Of a DNA stretch of 64,000 nt, positions 38,765-49,573 are shown piece by piece. Every line of letters starts with the position of its first letter. Within the stretch, counting starts at the first letter, position 1. The stretch covers positions 1 through 64,000 of the forward strand of contig JBEKYR010000028.1 in the NCBI GenBank assembly GCA_049510745.1, in the 5' to 3' direction. The DNA comes from Verrucomicrobiota bacterium. GTDB lineage: Bacteria > Verrucomicrobiota > Verrucomicrobiia > Limisphaerales > Palsa-1400. Under the pieces are notes generated by a model. It searched no databases and was not told the origin of the DNA. It was given only the letters and a program-made list of their open reading frames with translations. Position numbers and translations under genes: made by a program.

Positions 38765-39796
38765 CTATTCGGGCGGCTCCGGCGGACGCTGCCGGCCGAG
38801 TTGTCTCTCCAGTTCGCCCAGGCGCCGGATCAGGTCGGGCAGGTGTTGCAGCGCGATCATCTGCCGCTTGGCTTGACGGTCGGGCTGGGCCGGCGTTCCC
38901 AGCCATTTCCCGCCGTCCGGGATGTCGTGCATCACGCCGGATTGGGCGGCGACGATCACTTTGTTGCCAATCTTGAGGTGGCCGGCCAGCCCCACCTGCC
39001 CCGCCAAGGTCGTGTAGTTGCCAACTTTCGTGCTGCCCGCAATGCCCACTTGCGCCACCACCAGGCAGTGCTCGCCGAGGGTGACGTTGTGCGCGATCTG
39101 CACCAAGTTGTCGATCTTGGTCCCTTTGCCGATGAGGGTCGGGCCGAGGGCGCCGCGGTCGATGGTGACGTTGGCGCCGATTTCCACGTCGTCCTGGATG
39201 ATGACCTGGCCGACTTGCGGAATTTTGCGGTGAACGCCGTTGTCAAATACATACCCAAACCCGTCCGAGCCGATGACCGCGCCGGCGTGGAGCCGCACGC
39301 GCTGGCCAACCTGCGTTTGGGGGTAGAGGACGACGTTGGGGAAGAGGTGGGTTTGGGCGCCAATGACGCAGTGGTCGCCCACGTGGTTGCCGCCGCGCAG
39401 GGCCGCTTGCGGGCCGATGACGACGTTCTCGCCGATGACGCAGTGCGGGCCGACGTGCGCGCTGGGGTCCACGCGCGCCGAGCCGGCCACAATGGCCGAG
39501 GGATGAACGCCCGGGGCCAAGGGCGGTTCCGGAAAAAAGAGGGGCAGGACGCGGGCGAAGGCGATGCGCGCGTCGGCCACGCGAATGAGGACTTTGCGGC
39601 CCGGGGCGTACGGGCCGTCGATGAGAATGGCGGCGGCGGCGCCTTGTTCGGCTTTGAGGAAGAAGGTTTCGTTTTCGGCGAAGGTCAGGTCGCCCGCCTT
39701 GGCGGCGGTGGCGGGGGCGAAGCCGGTCAAGGGCGTCGCGCCGTCGCCCACGACTTCTCCGTCGAGTTCTTTGGCAATTTGAGCGGCGGTAAACAT
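38765..39796 (-). CDS. lpxD: UDP-3-O-(3-hydroxymyristoyl)glucosamine N-acyltransferase
   Basis: Hexapeptide repeats; [31 protein letters not shown]. Confidence 0.96.
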   Translation of the reverse strand: MFTAAQIAKELDGEVVGDGATPLTGFAPATAAKAGDLTFAENETFFLKAEQGAAAAILIDGPYAPGRKVLIRVADARIAFARVLPLFFPEPPLAPGVHPSAIVAGSARVDPSAHVGPHCVIGENVVIGPQAALRGGNHVGDHCVIGAQTHLFPNVVLYPQTQVGQRVRLHAGAVIGSDGFGYVFDNGVHRKIPQVGQVIIQDDVEIGANVTIDRGALGPTLIGKGTKIDNLVQIAHNVTLGEHCLVVAQVGIAGSTKVGNYTTLAGQVGLAGHLKIGNKVIVAAQSGVMHDIPDGGKWLGTPAQPDRQAKRQMIALQHLPDLIRRLGELERQLGRQRPPEPPE

Positions 39797-39832
39797 GTGC
39801 GTTCGCGGTTCCAGGCGGCTTCAAGTCGCCAG

Positions 39833-39861
39833 TTGACTTGAAAAACCGGCGTCACTATAAA
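39833..39861 (+). promoter_or_regulatory. Sigma70-type promoter
   Basis: TTGACT-17 nt-TATAAA about 110 nt upstream of ATG 39970. Confidence 0.6.
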
Positions 39862-39969
39862 GGCCGGGTAATTGACAATTCAACTCCAACTTTAACCGGA
39901 ATCTTATGAGCATTCGGCTTGCATTCAGAGGCCCAAACCCTGTTGCTCAGACGACCGCAGCGAAGAATT

Positions 39970-41160
39970 ATGCCAAACAAACCTCTTAACGTCGGATTGG
40001 TGGGCGGCGGACGCGGCGCGTTCATCGTCCATCCGCATGAGAAGGCAATTCACTTTGACGGCACCCGCCGGGTGGTGGCGGGCGCGCTTTTCCCCGAGCC
40101 AAAAATCGCGCTGGAGGAAGCGGCTAACTGGCCGTACCCGATCAGGGGTTACGGCTCCTACGATGAGATGATCGCGGCCAACCGGACCCTGCCCGAAGAG
40201 CAACGGCTGGATTACATCCTCATCGTCACGCCTAACTTTGTCCACTACGACCCGGCCATGAAGGCGATGAAGGCCGGCATCCCGGTCTTCTGCGAGAAGC
40301 CGCTCTGCCTGAACCTCAAGGAAGCAAGCGACCTCGTCAAGACGGCGCGGAAACTGGGGGTTCCCTTCGGCGTGGCGCACACGTATCTGGGCCATTGGAC
40401 CAGCCGGTTGAGCCGTTTCATTGTGCAGAGCGGCCTGCTGGGCGAGGTGCGGTGGGTGGACAGCTATTATCTCCAGGGCTGGCTGGCGACCAAGCTCGAA
40501 GCCAGCGGCCAGCAACAGGCTTCGTGGCGCGTGGACCCGAAACGCGCCGGAGGCTCGGGCTGCGGCGGCGACATCGGGACGCACGCGCTGATGCAACTGC
40601 GCTACGTCACCGGTCTGGAGGTCACGGCCGTGTCCGCGCAACTGGAAACGTTCGTCGAAGGGCGCCAACTGGACGACCATTTTACGATCTATTGCAAACT
40701 GAGCAACGGCGGCAAGGCCCTGGTGCGCGCGTCGCAAATTTGCATCGGCTCCAAGAATGACCTTGGCCTCGTAATCGCCGGGACCAAGGGCACGCTGCGC
40801 TGGCGCCAGGAAGAAGCGGAGAGCCTGACGATTTGCCTGGCCAACCAGCCCGACCGGACCTATTGGCGCGGGGCGGTCACGCCGGGGGACGGCTTCCTGC
40901 CCAAGGACATACCGGCCGATCTGATGGCCGAGCCAACGCTTCCGAGCGGGCACCTGGAAGCGTTCCACGACGCCTTCGCGCGGCTGCATCGCTGTTTCGA
41001 AGCCGACGTGCGGCAGTGGAAGGCCGGCGGGAAATTTGCCGGCGACGGCAGAAAGTACGCGAACATTGAGGACGGGTGGATGGGCATCGCCTTCATCGAA
41101 ACCTGCGTCAAGAGCAGCGCCAGGAAAGGCGCCTGGACCGCGCTGCCCAGGAAGATTTGA
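39970..41160 (+). CDS. Gfo/Idh/MocA family oxidoreductase
   Basis: [29 protein letters not shown]. Confidence 0.9.
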   Translation: MPNKPLNVGLVGGGRGAFIVHPHEKAIHFDGTRRVVAGALFPEPKIALEEAANWPYPIRGYGSYDEMIAANRTLPEEQRLDYILIVTPNFVHYDPAMKAMKAGIPVFCEKPLCLNLKEASDLVKTARKLGVPFGVAHTYLGHWTSRLSRFIVQSGLLGEVRWVDSYYLQGWLATKLEASGQQQASWRVDPKRAGGSGCGGDIGTHALMQLRYVTGLEVTAVSAQLETFVEGRQLDDHFTIYCKLSNGGKALVRASQICIGSKNDLGLVIAGTKGTLRWRQEEAESLTICLANQPDRTYWRGAVTPGDGFLPKDIPADLMAEPTLPSGHLEAFHDAFARLHRCFEADVRQWKAGGKFAGDGRKYANIEDGWMGIAFIETCVKSSARKGAWTALPRKI

Positions 41161-41176
41161 TGCCGGGCAGTAATGC

Positions 41177-42712
41177 CTATCGGGGTTGGGCCAGTTTGCT
41201 GCGGCGGATGCCGTACAGGAAATAAACCACCATGCCGATGACAAACCAAACGATCAGCCTCCGCCAAGTCGGCCAGGGTAATGGAGACATCAGCAAAATG
41301 GCCGAAACAGCACCCGCAGGAGCCACGAACCACACCCAGGGGGTTTTGAAAGTGCGCGGCAAATCCGGCTCTCGCACCCGCAGCACGAGAATCCCGACCG
41401 AGACGATGACAAAGGCCAGCAGCGTTCCAATGGAGCAAAGACTGCCGGCGTCACGCACTGTGAAAACCGCCGAGAAAAAGGCCACGAACAATCCCGTGAT
41501 AATGGACCCTATCCACGGCGTTTGGAAGCGGGGATGGACCCGGCTGATCAGGGGCGGCAGCAGGCCGTCCCGGGCCATGCTGTAAAAGACACGAGATTGG
41601 CCCAGCATCATTACCAGGACGACCGAGGAAAGGCCGGCAATGGCTCCCAGCTTAATCACCGTGCTCATCCACCCCATGCCCACGTGGTCCGCCGCCAGCG
41701 CGATCGGGTCCGGCACATCCATTTGCTGGTAAGGAACCACGCCGGTCGCGATGCCGGAAACCAGGATGTACAACACCGTGCAGACCAGCAAGGAGCCGAT
41801 GATGCCGATGGGCATGTCGCGCTGCGGATTCTTGGCCTCCTGCGCCGCCGTGCTCACGGCGTCAAAACCAATGTAGGCGAAAAACACGATCCCGCCGCCT
41901 CTCAAGACTCCGCTCCATCCGAAATGCCCGAAATGCCCGTCGTTCGGGGGAATGAACGGATGCCAGTTGGCCGGGTTGATGGCATGGGCCGCGCCGACGA
42001 TAAAAAGCAGAACGACGCCAACTTTTATGATGACGATCAAAGTGTTAAAGCCGGCCGATTCCTTGATTCCGATCACTAACAGTGTGGTCACAATAAAGAC
42101 AATAATAACCGCGGGAAGATTGAACACCGCGGTGACGTGGGCCATGGAGCTGGGATCAATGCCCGCCTTCTGGAGTTGATCCATCATCGGGGCCAGAGCC
42201 GTCCAGCCCGGCCTCACTTTCAACGCCGCCGCCACGGTCGCGGGCAGGTCGATCAACTCCGTGCCGCGAGCGGCCGAAAACTGTGCCGGCACGTTGATTC
42301 CAAAATCGCGCAGGAAAGAAGTCACATAGCCCGACCAGCCGACGGCCACGGTAATGGCTCCCACGGCATATTCCAGAATCAAGTCCCAGCCAATGATCCA
42401 GGCGAACAGTTCGCCCAGGGTCGCGTAGCCGTAGGTATAGGCGCTGCCCGCCATAGGCACCAGCGAGGCAAATTCACTGTAACAAAGCGCCGCAAAAATG
42501 GAGGCGATTCCGGCGGCCACAAAAGATAGAACCACGGCCGGCCCCGCATTCTGGGCGGCGACAGTTCCGGTGAGCACGAAGATTCCGGTGCCGATAATGG
42601 CGCCGATGCCCAGAGCCGTCAGATTGAGGGCGCCCAGGGCGCGTTTGAGACTGCGGTCCTCCGCTGCCTCGGCTTGCAGAGCGGTGACGGTTTTTCGCCG
42701 GAAGAGGTTCAT
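41177..42712 (-). CDS. Amino acid permease (APC, cationic amino acid transporter-like)
   Basis: GIGAIIGTGIF, GSAYTY, FFAYIGFDAVST..EAKNPQRDMP; start ATG 42712. Confidence 0.93.
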   Translation of the reverse strand: MNLFRRKTVTALQAEAAEDRSLKRALGALNLTALGIGAIIGTGIFVLTGTVAAQNAGPAVVLSFVAAGIASIFAALCYSEFASLVPMAGSAYTYGYATLGELFAWIIGWDLILEYAVGAITVAVGWSGYVTSFLRDFGINVPAQFSAARGTELIDLPATVAAALKVRPGWTALAPMMDQLQKAGIDPSSMAHVTAVFNLPAVIIVFIVTTLLVIGIKESAGFNTLIVIIKVGVVLLFIVGAAHAINPANWHPFIPPNDGHFGHFGWSGVLRGGGIVFFAYIGFDAVSTAAQEAKNPQRDMPIGIIGSLLVCTVLYILVSGIATGVVPYQQMDVPDPIALAADHVGMGWMSTVIKLGAIAGLSSVVLVMMLGQSRVFYSMARDGLLPPLISRVHPRFQTPWIGSIITGLFVAFFSAVFTVRDAGSLCSIGTLLAFVIVSVGILVLRVREPDLPRTFKTPWVWFVAPAGAVSAILLMSPLPWPTWRRLIVWFVIGMVVYFLYGIRRSKLAQPR

Positions 42713-42901
42713 TGCGTCAGTTGTTAAAGGGCGTTTTTTCGCATTTATCGGCCTGTCAATTTTCACTTTGACACGCTGGCGGCAGGGCCGCGCGTTCAAA
42801 GCGCGGCCAAAGTAGAGAAGAACCCGGCCGGATTCAACGCTGAAATGGCGCTGAACGGCGGAAATAAATTTTGCGCAAACTTCGCTTGCATTTCGCCGCG
42901 A

Positions 42902-42924
42902 TTATGTTAGTAATGCTAATATAA
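42902..42924. promoter_or_regulatory. Candidate operator palindrome upstream of gltD-like/hypF
   Basis: TTATGTTAG-TAATG-CTAATATAA, 9-5-9 dyad with one mismatch, in an AT-rich divergent promoter region. Confidence 0.45.
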
Positions 42925-42955
42925 ATTCATGGCAGAATAAGCGTGACTTAATAAA

Positions 42956-44380
42956 ATGAAAACGGATACAGGAGATAAATCGGGCGCCGCGGCCAAATAC
43001 GCCTGGCGCGAGTTGGATCGGGTGGAACCGCCCAAGCGCCCGGTGGCGGACCGGCTGTCCGATTTCAAGGTAGTTTCCCGGCCCTACGACGAAACCACCG
43101 CCCGCCAGCAGGCCAGCCGCTGTGTGCAGTGCCCCGACGCCAACTGCGTGGCGGCCTGCCCCCTGGAAATCCCCATCCCGGAATTGCTCGGGCTGGCCGC
43201 CGACGGGCAGTTCCTGGAGGCGGCACAGTTGCTTTTCAACACCCAGAGCCTGCCGGAATTCGTCGCGCACCTTTGCGTGGAGAAACGGATGTGCGAGGCG
43301 GCTTGCGTGCTCATGAAACCATCCGATCCAGTCCCCATCGGCGCCATTTCCCGGTTTTTGCTCGATTACGGCTGGAAGCACGGGGTGCAGGAGCCGCCTC
43401 CGGCGCCCGCCACTGGCCAGCGGGTCGTCGTCATTGGTTCGGGACTGTGCGGCCTGGTGAGCGCGGACGCGCTTTCGCGCCTGGGCTACGCCGTGACCAT
43501 CGTGGACAGCGCGCAGGCGCCGGGCGGGCGCCTGGTCAACGGGATGGCCGGGTTCAAGGTGGACCGGGCGGTGATCGGGCGGCGGGTGCAATCGTTGCGG
43601 GAACGGGGCGTCCAATTCCGCATGGGCCTGGTTTGCGGGCGGGATGTGACCTTGCGCGAGCTGCGGCGCGACTATGACGCCGTGCTCTTTGCGCTGGGCC
43701 GCACGGAAGCGGTGCCGCTGGAAATTCCCGGCGCGGAGTTGCGCGGTGTTTGCCAGGCGTATCCGTTCATTCTGCACCACACCTCCGACGCGGCCCTGCA
43801 CACGCTGCCCGTCAACGTGGCGGGCCGCCAGGTGGCGGTGCTCGGCGGGGGGGACACGGCGATGGATGCGTTGCGGGTCGCGCTTCGGGCCGGCGCCTGC
43901 GATGCCGTATGCATTTACCGCCGGGACATGGAGAACATGCCGGCCGATCCGAAAGAATTGGAAAACGCGACCGAAGAGGGCGCGCGGTTCCTCCTCCACA
44001 GCCAGCCGGTGGCGATCATCGGCAACCCGGACGGCGCCGTGACGCGGGTGCGTTGCGTGCGGACGCAGCTTGGCGCGCCCGACGCCTCCGGCCGGAACGG
44101 TGTGCGGCCATTGCCCGGGACCGAGTTTGACGTTCCGGCGGAAGTGGTGCTGGTGGCCTACGGCTTCGCGCCGCCGCGCCTGCCCCATTGCGACGAGCTT
44201 GGCGAGCTGGCGGTGGACGAAAGCGGCTGCCTGCTGGTGGATGCCACCCAGATGACCAATCTGCCCGGCGTCTTTGCCGCCGGCCCGATCGCGCGCTGGC
44301 CGGTGTCGATGATCGAGACGATGCGGGACGCGCGCAAGGCGGCCGCCGAGATGGACCGGTATCTGGCGGCCCGGCGGTAG
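42956..44380 (+). CDS. GltD/SudA-like Fe-S flavoprotein, NAD(P)-dependent oxidoreductase
   Basis: CVQCPDANCVAACP and C..KRMCEAAC clusters; VIGSGLCG, VLGGGDTAMD, YRRD, TNLPGVFAAG. Confidence 0.88.
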   Translation: MKTDTGDKSGAAAKYAWRELDRVEPPKRPVADRLSDFKVVSRPYDETTARQQASRCVQCPDANCVAACPLEIPIPELLGLAADGQFLEAAQLLFNTQSLPEFVAHLCVEKRMCEAACVLMKPSDPVPIGAISRFLLDYGWKHGVQEPPPAPATGQRVVVIGSGLCGLVSADALSRLGYAVTIVDSAQAPGGRLVNGMAGFKVDRAVIGRRVQSLRERGVQFRMGLVCGRDVTLRELRRDYDAVLFALGRTEAVPLEIPGAELRGVCQAYPFILHHTSDAALHTLPVNVAGRQVAVLGGGDTAMDALRVALRAGACDAVCIYRRDMENMPADPKELENATEEGARFLLHSQPVAIIGNPDGAVTRVRCVRTQLGAPDASGRNGVRPLPGTEFDVPAEVVLVAYGFAPPRLPHCDELGELAVDESGCLLVDATQMTNLPGVFAAGPIARWPVSMIETMRDARKAAAEMDRYLAARR

Positions 44381-44412
44381 CGGTTGACAAATCGCCGCCA
44401 ACGCCTATTTAG

Positions 44413-46746
44413 TTGGCCTGCTTGAGTGCGCCGCCAACAACGCGGTTGAAAATTGCCGCGCGGGGCGCCGTGCAAGGGGTCGGTTTCCGCCCCTTTGTGC
44501 ATCGCCTGGCGGCGGAACTCGGCCTGGCTGGGTGGGTCAATAATTCCAGCCAGGGAGTTTTCATTGAAGCGGAAGGTCCGCGCGCCAGCCTCGAGCAGTT
44601 TCTCCTGCGCCTGCGGACGGAGAAGCCGCCGCGCAGTTTCATCCAGAGCATGGAATCCTGGTGGCTGGATGCCGCCGGTTACGCCGGTTTTGAAATCCGG
44701 CCAAGCGAAACCGGCGGCGGCAAGACGGCGATCATCATGCCGGACCTGGCCACATGCCCCGAATGCCTGCACGAGATTTTTGATCCACAGAACCGGCGGC
44801 ATCTGTATCCGTTCACCAACTGCACCCATTGCGGACCGCGCTTCTCGATCATGCTGTCGCTCCCGTACGATCGCGCCAACACGTCGATGAAACGGTTCGC
44901 CATGTGCCCGCAATGCGGGCAGGAATACCGCGATCCGGAGAACCGCCGCTTCCACGCCCAGCCCAATGCCTGTCCCAAGTGCGGCCCGCATCTGGAATTG
45001 TGGGACGCCGGGGGAGCGGTGCTTGCCGCGCGCCACGAAGCCTTGTTGCAAGCGGTGAAAACCGTCCGCGAGGGGAAAATTCTGGCGCTCAAGGGCATTG
45101 GCGGTTTCCAGTTGCTGGTCGATGCGCGCAACGACGAGGCGGTGCGGCGCCTGCGCGAACGCAAGCAGCGCGAGGAGAAGCCTTTCGCCGTGATGTATCC
45201 GTCGCTCGATGCTGTCCGCGCGGATTGCCGCGTGGCGGACGCGGACGCGCGCCTGCTGGCGTCGCCCGAAGCTCCCATCGTCCTGCTGAAACGGCGCGCG
45301 GCGCTGGCGCCGGCGGTCGCTCCGGGCAATCCGAACCTGGGCGTGATGCTGGCCTATTCGCCGCTGCACCATCTGTTGATGTTCGAGTTGAAATTTCCGG
45401 TGGTGGCGACCAGCGGGAATCTGAGCGACGAACCCATCTGCATCGACGAACGCGAGGCGCTGCAACGGCTCCGCAACATCGCGGACGTGTTCCTGGTGCA
45501 TGACCGGCCCATTGTCCGGCACCTGGATGATTCCGTGGCGCGCGTGGTGCTGGGACGCGAGCAGGTCTTGCGGCGGGCGCGCGGTTATGCGCCCCTGCCC
45601 GTGCGCTTGACAGCCGGCAGGCCGGCGACCGCGCTGGACACCGCCTCGCCGGTCCTGGCGGTGGGCGGCCATTTGAAAAACACCGTGGCGCTGGCGATCG
45701 GGCCGCAGGTGTTTGTCAGCCAGCACATCGGCGACCTGGAAACGGTCCAGTCGTACGAGGCCTTTCTTGGCGTCATCAACGATTTTGAGCGGCTCTATGA
45801 TGCCGAACCCCGGTGGATTGCCCACGACGGGCATCCAGACTACCTTTCGACCCAATTCGCCCGGAGCCTGCTCGCCCACAAGGCCGGCCCGCGGGGCGTT
45901 TCCGTGCAACATCACATCGCGCACGTGCTCGCGTGCGCCGCCGAAAACGAACTGGCGCCGCCGCTGCTGGGTGTTTCCTGGGACGGCACGGGCCATGGAT
46001 TGGACGGAACGGTCTGGGGTGGAGAATTTTTTCTGGTGACCGCAACGGCGTGCCGGCGCGTGGCCCATTTGCGGCAGTTCCGATTGCCCGGCGGCGCGCA
46101 GGCGGTCAAGGAACCGCGCCGGGCGATGCTGGGAATGATTTACGAGGTGTTTGGTGAAAGCGCGCTGGCCGCGAGCGACGCGCCGCCGATGAAGTCCTTT
46201 GCCGCGGCCGATCTGCCGGCTTTGGCGGGCATGTTGAGAAGCGGGTTCAACTCGCCGCTTACCTCCAGCGCGGGGCGATTATTTGACGCCGTGGCGGCGT
46301 TTCTCGGACTCCGGCAGATCGTCCGGTTTGAGGGACAAGCGGCGATGGAACTGGAGTTTGCGCTGGACGGCATCGAGACGGATGAAACGTATTCATTTGA
46401 GATGGAATGCCAGGAGCAGACGGATGGCGAGTCCATGCTGGTCGTGGATTGGAGGCCCATCGTGCGGGGCATTTTGGCGGACGTGAAGGGCAAGCTTCCC
46501 GTCGGATTGATTTCAGCGAAATTTCACAACGCGCTGGCCGAGGTCATCGTCGCCGTGGCCCGGCGAGCCGGACAACCTCAGGTGGCGCTTTCGGGCGGCT
46601 GCTTCCAGAACCGGTATCTGACCGAAAGGGTGGACGCCCGGCTGGAGCGGGAAGGATTCCGGCCTTATTGGCCTCAGCGCATCCCGCCCAACGACGGCGG
46701 CATCGCCCTGGGACAAATCGTTGCCACGCTCATGGGCGCGCGGTAA
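44413..46746 (+). CDS. hypF: Hydrogenase maturation carbamoyltransferase HypF
   Basis: GAVQGVGFRPFV, zinc fingers (CPEC, NCTHCGPR, CPQC, CPKCGP), RRARGYAP, QHHIAH, NDGGIALGQ. Confidence 0.97.
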   Translation: MACLSAPPTTRLKIAARGAVQGVGFRPFVHRLAAELGLAGWVNNSSQGVFIEAEGPRASLEQFLLRLRTEKPPRSFIQSMESWWLDAAGYAGFEIRPSETGGGKTAIIMPDLATCPECLHEIFDPQNRRHLYPFTNCTHCGPRFSIMLSLPYDRANTSMKRFAMCPQCGQEYRDPENRRFHAQPNACPKCGPHLELWDAGGAVLAARHEALLQAVKTVREGKILALKGIGGFQLLVDARNDEAVRRLRERKQREEKPFAVMYPSLDAVRADCRVADADARLLASPEAPIVLLKRRAALAPAVAPGNPNLGVMLAYSPLHHLLMFELKFPVVATSGNLSDEPICIDEREALQRLRNIADVFLVHDRPIVRHLDDSVARVVLGREQVLRRARGYAPLPVRLTAGRPATALDTASPVLAVGGHLKNTVALAIGPQVFVSQHIGDLETVQSYEAFLGVINDFERLYDAEPRWIAHDGHPDYLSTQFARSLLAHKAGPRGVSVQHHIAHVLACAAENELAPPLLGVSWDGTGHGLDGTVWGGEFFLVTATACRRVAHLRQFRLPGGAQAVKEPRRAMLGMIYEVFGESALAASDAPPMKSFAAADLPALAGMLRSGFNSPLTSSAGRLFDAVAAFLGLRQIVRFEGQAAMELEFALDGIETDETYSFEMECQEQTDGESMLVVDWRPIVRGILADVKGKLPVGLISAKFHNALAEVIVAVARRAGQPQVALSGGCFQNRYLTERVDARLEREGFRPYWPQRIPPNDGGIALGQIVATLMGAR

Positions 46747-46959
46747 GTTGGATCGGAACCCTGCCACGCATCATGAGGTGCTCCCCATCGAAAGTTGATT
46801 CCGCCGACGGAACCGGCGTTCCAAAGCGCGATGGCCGGTGACTCGGCGTGGTTCCGTTCGCAACCGGGAATGCCGGGCAATCCATGGTCATCCGCAGCAG
46901 GGTAGGGTTACACCCCATAGCAATGACTGGGCGCATCACTTAGTGTAACTGGAGCGGCG

Positions 46960-46965
46960 TATAAT
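46960..46965 (+). promoter_or_regulatory. -10 box for the small-gene cassette
   Basis: Perfect TATAAT about 60 nt before ATG 47028; imperfect dyad GTAGGG-TTACA-CCCCAT at 46902-46918 upstream. Confidence 0.45.
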
Positions 46966-47027
46966 GGTTGGCTGGCAGGAAAGCGCGCCGGTCCGCTGCG
47001 AACAAAACAAACTGAAAGAAAAATGAT

Positions 47028-47180
47028 ATGTTATACACAATTGCGGTAGTATTAATCGTCCTATGGCTTCTCGGTATGGTGAGCAGCTACACGATGGGCG
47101 GGTTTATTCACATTTTGTTGATCCTTGCCGTCGTCATGATTCTGGTTAACCTCATTTCCGGCCGCAGGCCATTGGCTTAA
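47028..47180 (+). CDS. lmo0937-family small membrane protein (not in ORF track)
   Basis: Own translation: MLYTIAVVLIVLWLLGMVSSYTMGGFIHILLILAVVMILVNLISGRRPLA (50 aa). Confidence 0.9.
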   Translation: MLYTIAVVLIVLWLLGMVSSYTMGGFIHILLILAVVMILVNLISGRRPLA

Positions 47181-47216
47181 GAGACTGTTATCGAACCCTT
47201 ATCTATTCATCCGCCT

Positions 47217-47345
47217 ATGCTTGCGCTGATAATTCACCCCGTGATGTTCGCCGCCGCCGGTTACTCCTTGGTCTATCTTCTCGGAGGCGGAGGCCTTTTC
47301 GGAGCCATCGTCATCTACATCATAGCAAAAATGCTCGGTAAATGA
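47217..47345 (+). CDS. Small hydrophobic protein, 42 aa (not in ORF track)
   Basis: Own translation: MLALIIHPVMFAAAGYSLVYLLGGGGLFGAIVIYIIAKMLGK; fills the gap between co-oriented genes. Confidence 0.65.
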   Translation: MLALIIHPVMFAAAGYSLVYLLGGGGLFGAIVIYIIAKMLGK

Positions 47346-47378
47346 GTTTCGCCAAAAAAATCAATTAAACTCACAGCC

Positions 47379-47729
47379 ATGAAACACAATCATAACCACG
47401 ATAACGCCCAGAGCGACGGCCCCCAACTCGCGCCCGTTCGCTTTGAATTCACTCATCCGACGGCCCACACCGTTTGCATCGCGGGCACATTCAACGACTG
47501 GCACGCCGAAGCCAAAGCCATGCATCCTTTGGGGAACGGTCGCTGGCTGAAGGAAACGGTCTTGCCGCCCGGCAATTACGAATACTGTTTGGTGGTGGAC
47601 GGCCGTTGGATACCGGATCCGCTGGCCAGAGAAACCGTGCCCAACCCATTTGGCGGGAGAAACTCGGTTCTGAAGGTGGCCCGTTCCCTGGAAGCAGCCC
47701 ATTCTGCCGACGCGAAAACGTGCCCTTGA
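47379..47729 (+). CDS. Glycogen-binding (CBM48/AMPK-beta-like) domain protein
   Basis: VCIAGTFNDW, LPPGNYEYCLVVDGRWIPDP, NPFGGRNS. Confidence 0.88.
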   Translation: MKHNHNHDNAQSDGPQLAPVRFEFTHPTAHTVCIAGTFNDWHAEAKAMHPLGNGRWLKETVLPPGNYEYCLVVDGRWIPDPLARETVPNPFGGRNSVLKVARSLEAAHSADAKTCP

Positions 47730-47905
47730 AAGCGCAAAGAAATAGAAGCGAAAGAAAAACAGAGACGAACACACAAAAGCAATCAGTAATGACATGGGCA
47801 CGCTGACCCAACTGTGGCTGCGGACTCAACCGCGCGGCGTCAATGAGCCGGCGCGGAGTCAAAAGGTAGTTTCCTGTCAGTTTTGCCATCAATGAGGAGT
47901 AAGAA

Positions 47906-49573
47906 ATGGGGATTTCTCTAAAGCCCAAACATCTAAAACGATACAAGGACATTGCTCTGCTTTTGATCAAGCATGGACGGTCGGATGTTGTGAAGCATGC
48001 CGGGCTGCAAGACGCGCTGGAACTGGATGCGTCGGTGGAGACAACGACGGGCCAGTCAAAGTCAGACGAACTGGCGCAGGACCTGGAGAAGATGGGGCCG
48101 ACCTTTATCAAGCTCGGTCAACTTTTGTCCACTCGCGCGGATTTTCTTCCTCCTGCTTATATCCATGCGCTGACACGATTGCAGGACAGGATTGATCCAT
48201 TTCCGTTCGAACAGGTGGAGGCAATCGTCTCTGGCGAGTTGGGAGTGCGGATTTCAAAAGGATTTTCAGAATTTGAAGCAAAACCTCTGGCGACGGCGTC
48301 GTTGGGCCAAGTCCATCGCGCGGCAATGCTTGATGGCCGAATGGTGGTGGTGAAGGTGCAGCGGCCTGGGATTCGAGAAATCATCGCGGAGGACATGGAG
48401 GTGCTGGAAGAGATCGCGGGGTTTTTGGATAAGCACACGCAGTGGGGCAAACGTTACGAGTTCGGCAAGATGCTGGAGGAATTTCGCAAGAGCCTGTGGC
48501 GTGAGCTGGACTACCGCCAGGAAGCGCGCAATCTGAGCACTTTAGGCGCAAACCTGCTGGAATTTGCAGGGATCGTCGTGCCGACTCCGATCGAGGATTT
48601 TACGACCTCGCGCGTGTTGACCATGGAATATATCCAGGGCAAAAAAATCACGGAACTGAGCCCTTTGGCTCGTCTGGATTTTAAGGGAGCAGATCTGGCG
48701 GAAGAACTTTTTCACGCCTATCTGAAGCAAATTCTTGTGGACGGATTTTTCCACGCTGATCCTCATCCAGGCAACGTCTTCCTCACGGACGATCATCGCA
48801 TTGCCTTGCTTGACCTGGGCATGGTGGGTCACATCCCGCCGCAGTTGCAGGACAACCTGCTCCAGTTGCTGCTGGCGGTGAGCGATGGCCGCGGCGATGA
48901 TGCCGCAGCCATGGCGATCAAAATCAGCGAGCTAAAAGAAGATTTTTCAGAGAGGACGTTCCGCCAGCGCGTGGCGGGTCTGGTAAGCGAGCATCAAGGA
49001 TCAAAAATGGACCAGATTCAAGTGGGGCGAGTCGTCCTGGAAATCACGCAAATTTCGGGCGAGAACGGACTGCGGGTGCCCGCGGAGTTGACCCTGCTGG
49101 GCAAAACGCTGCTGAACCTGGACTTGGTCGGTCAAACACTCGACCCTCAATTTAATCCCAACGCTTCGATTCGACGCAACGCGTTAAAAATTCTACAGCA
49201 GCGGCTCTGGAAAGCTCTCTCGCCGACCACTCTGTTCGGCGGCCTTTTAGAGACGAAAGATCTTCTGCTGCGGCTGCCAAGCCGGCTCAATCGAATTCTC
49301 GACGCCATCGCGCGTAACGAGTTGAAGGTCAAGGTGGAGGCGATTGACGAGAATGTAATCATCGAGGGACTTCAGAAGGTTGCGAACCGCATCTCCCTGG
49401 GTTTGATTTTGGCTGCGTTGATCGTCGGCGCAGCTTTATTGATGCGGGTGGAGACTTCGTTTCATATCTTTGGGTATCCTGGTTTCGCGATCTTATGTTT
49501 TGTGGGCGTGGGCGGAGGTGGTCTCTTCCTTATTATTCGCATTCTGATCTATGATCACCCTTCGAAAAAGTAA
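47906..49573 (+). CDS. ABC1/UbiB/AarF family atypical kinase
   Basis: GPTFIKLGQLLSTR, ATASLGQVH, VKVQRP, FFHADPHPGN, LLDLGMVG; two C-terminal TM helices. Confidence 0.93.
   Translation: MGISLKPKHLKRYKDIALLLIKHGRSDVVKHAGLQDALELDASVETTTGQSKSDELAQDLEKMGPTFIKLGQLLSTRADFLPPAYIHALTRLQDRIDPFPFEQVEAIVSGELGVRISKGFSEFEAKPLATASLGQVHRAAMLDGRMVVVKVQRPGIREIIAEDMEVLEEIAGFLDKHTQWGKRYEFGKMLEEFRKSLWRELDYRQEARNLSTLGANLLEFAGIVVPTPIEDFTTSRVLTMEYIQGKKITELSPLARLDFKGADLAEELFHAYLKQILVDGFFHADPHPGNVFLTDDHRIALLDLGMVGHIPPQLQDNLLQLLLAVSDGRGDDAAAMAIKISELKEDFSERTFRQRVAGLVSEHQGSKMDQIQVGRVVLEITQISGENGLRVPAELTLLGKTLLNLDLVGQTLDPQFNPNASIRRNALKILQQRLWKALSPTTLFGGLLETKDLLLRLPSRLNRILDAIARNELKVKVEAIDENVIIEGLQKVANRISLGLILAALIVGAALLMRVETSFHIFGYPGFAILCFVGVGGGGLFLIIRILIYDHPSKK

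Noticed and set aside
38635..38765. Prophage or ICE integrated at tRNA-Ser
   Set aside because: lpxD follows immediately; no integrase and no duplicated tRNA 3' end seen in the window
42956..44380. Naming the gene gltD
   Set aside because: No gltB nearby and motifs are divergent; kept as GltD-like
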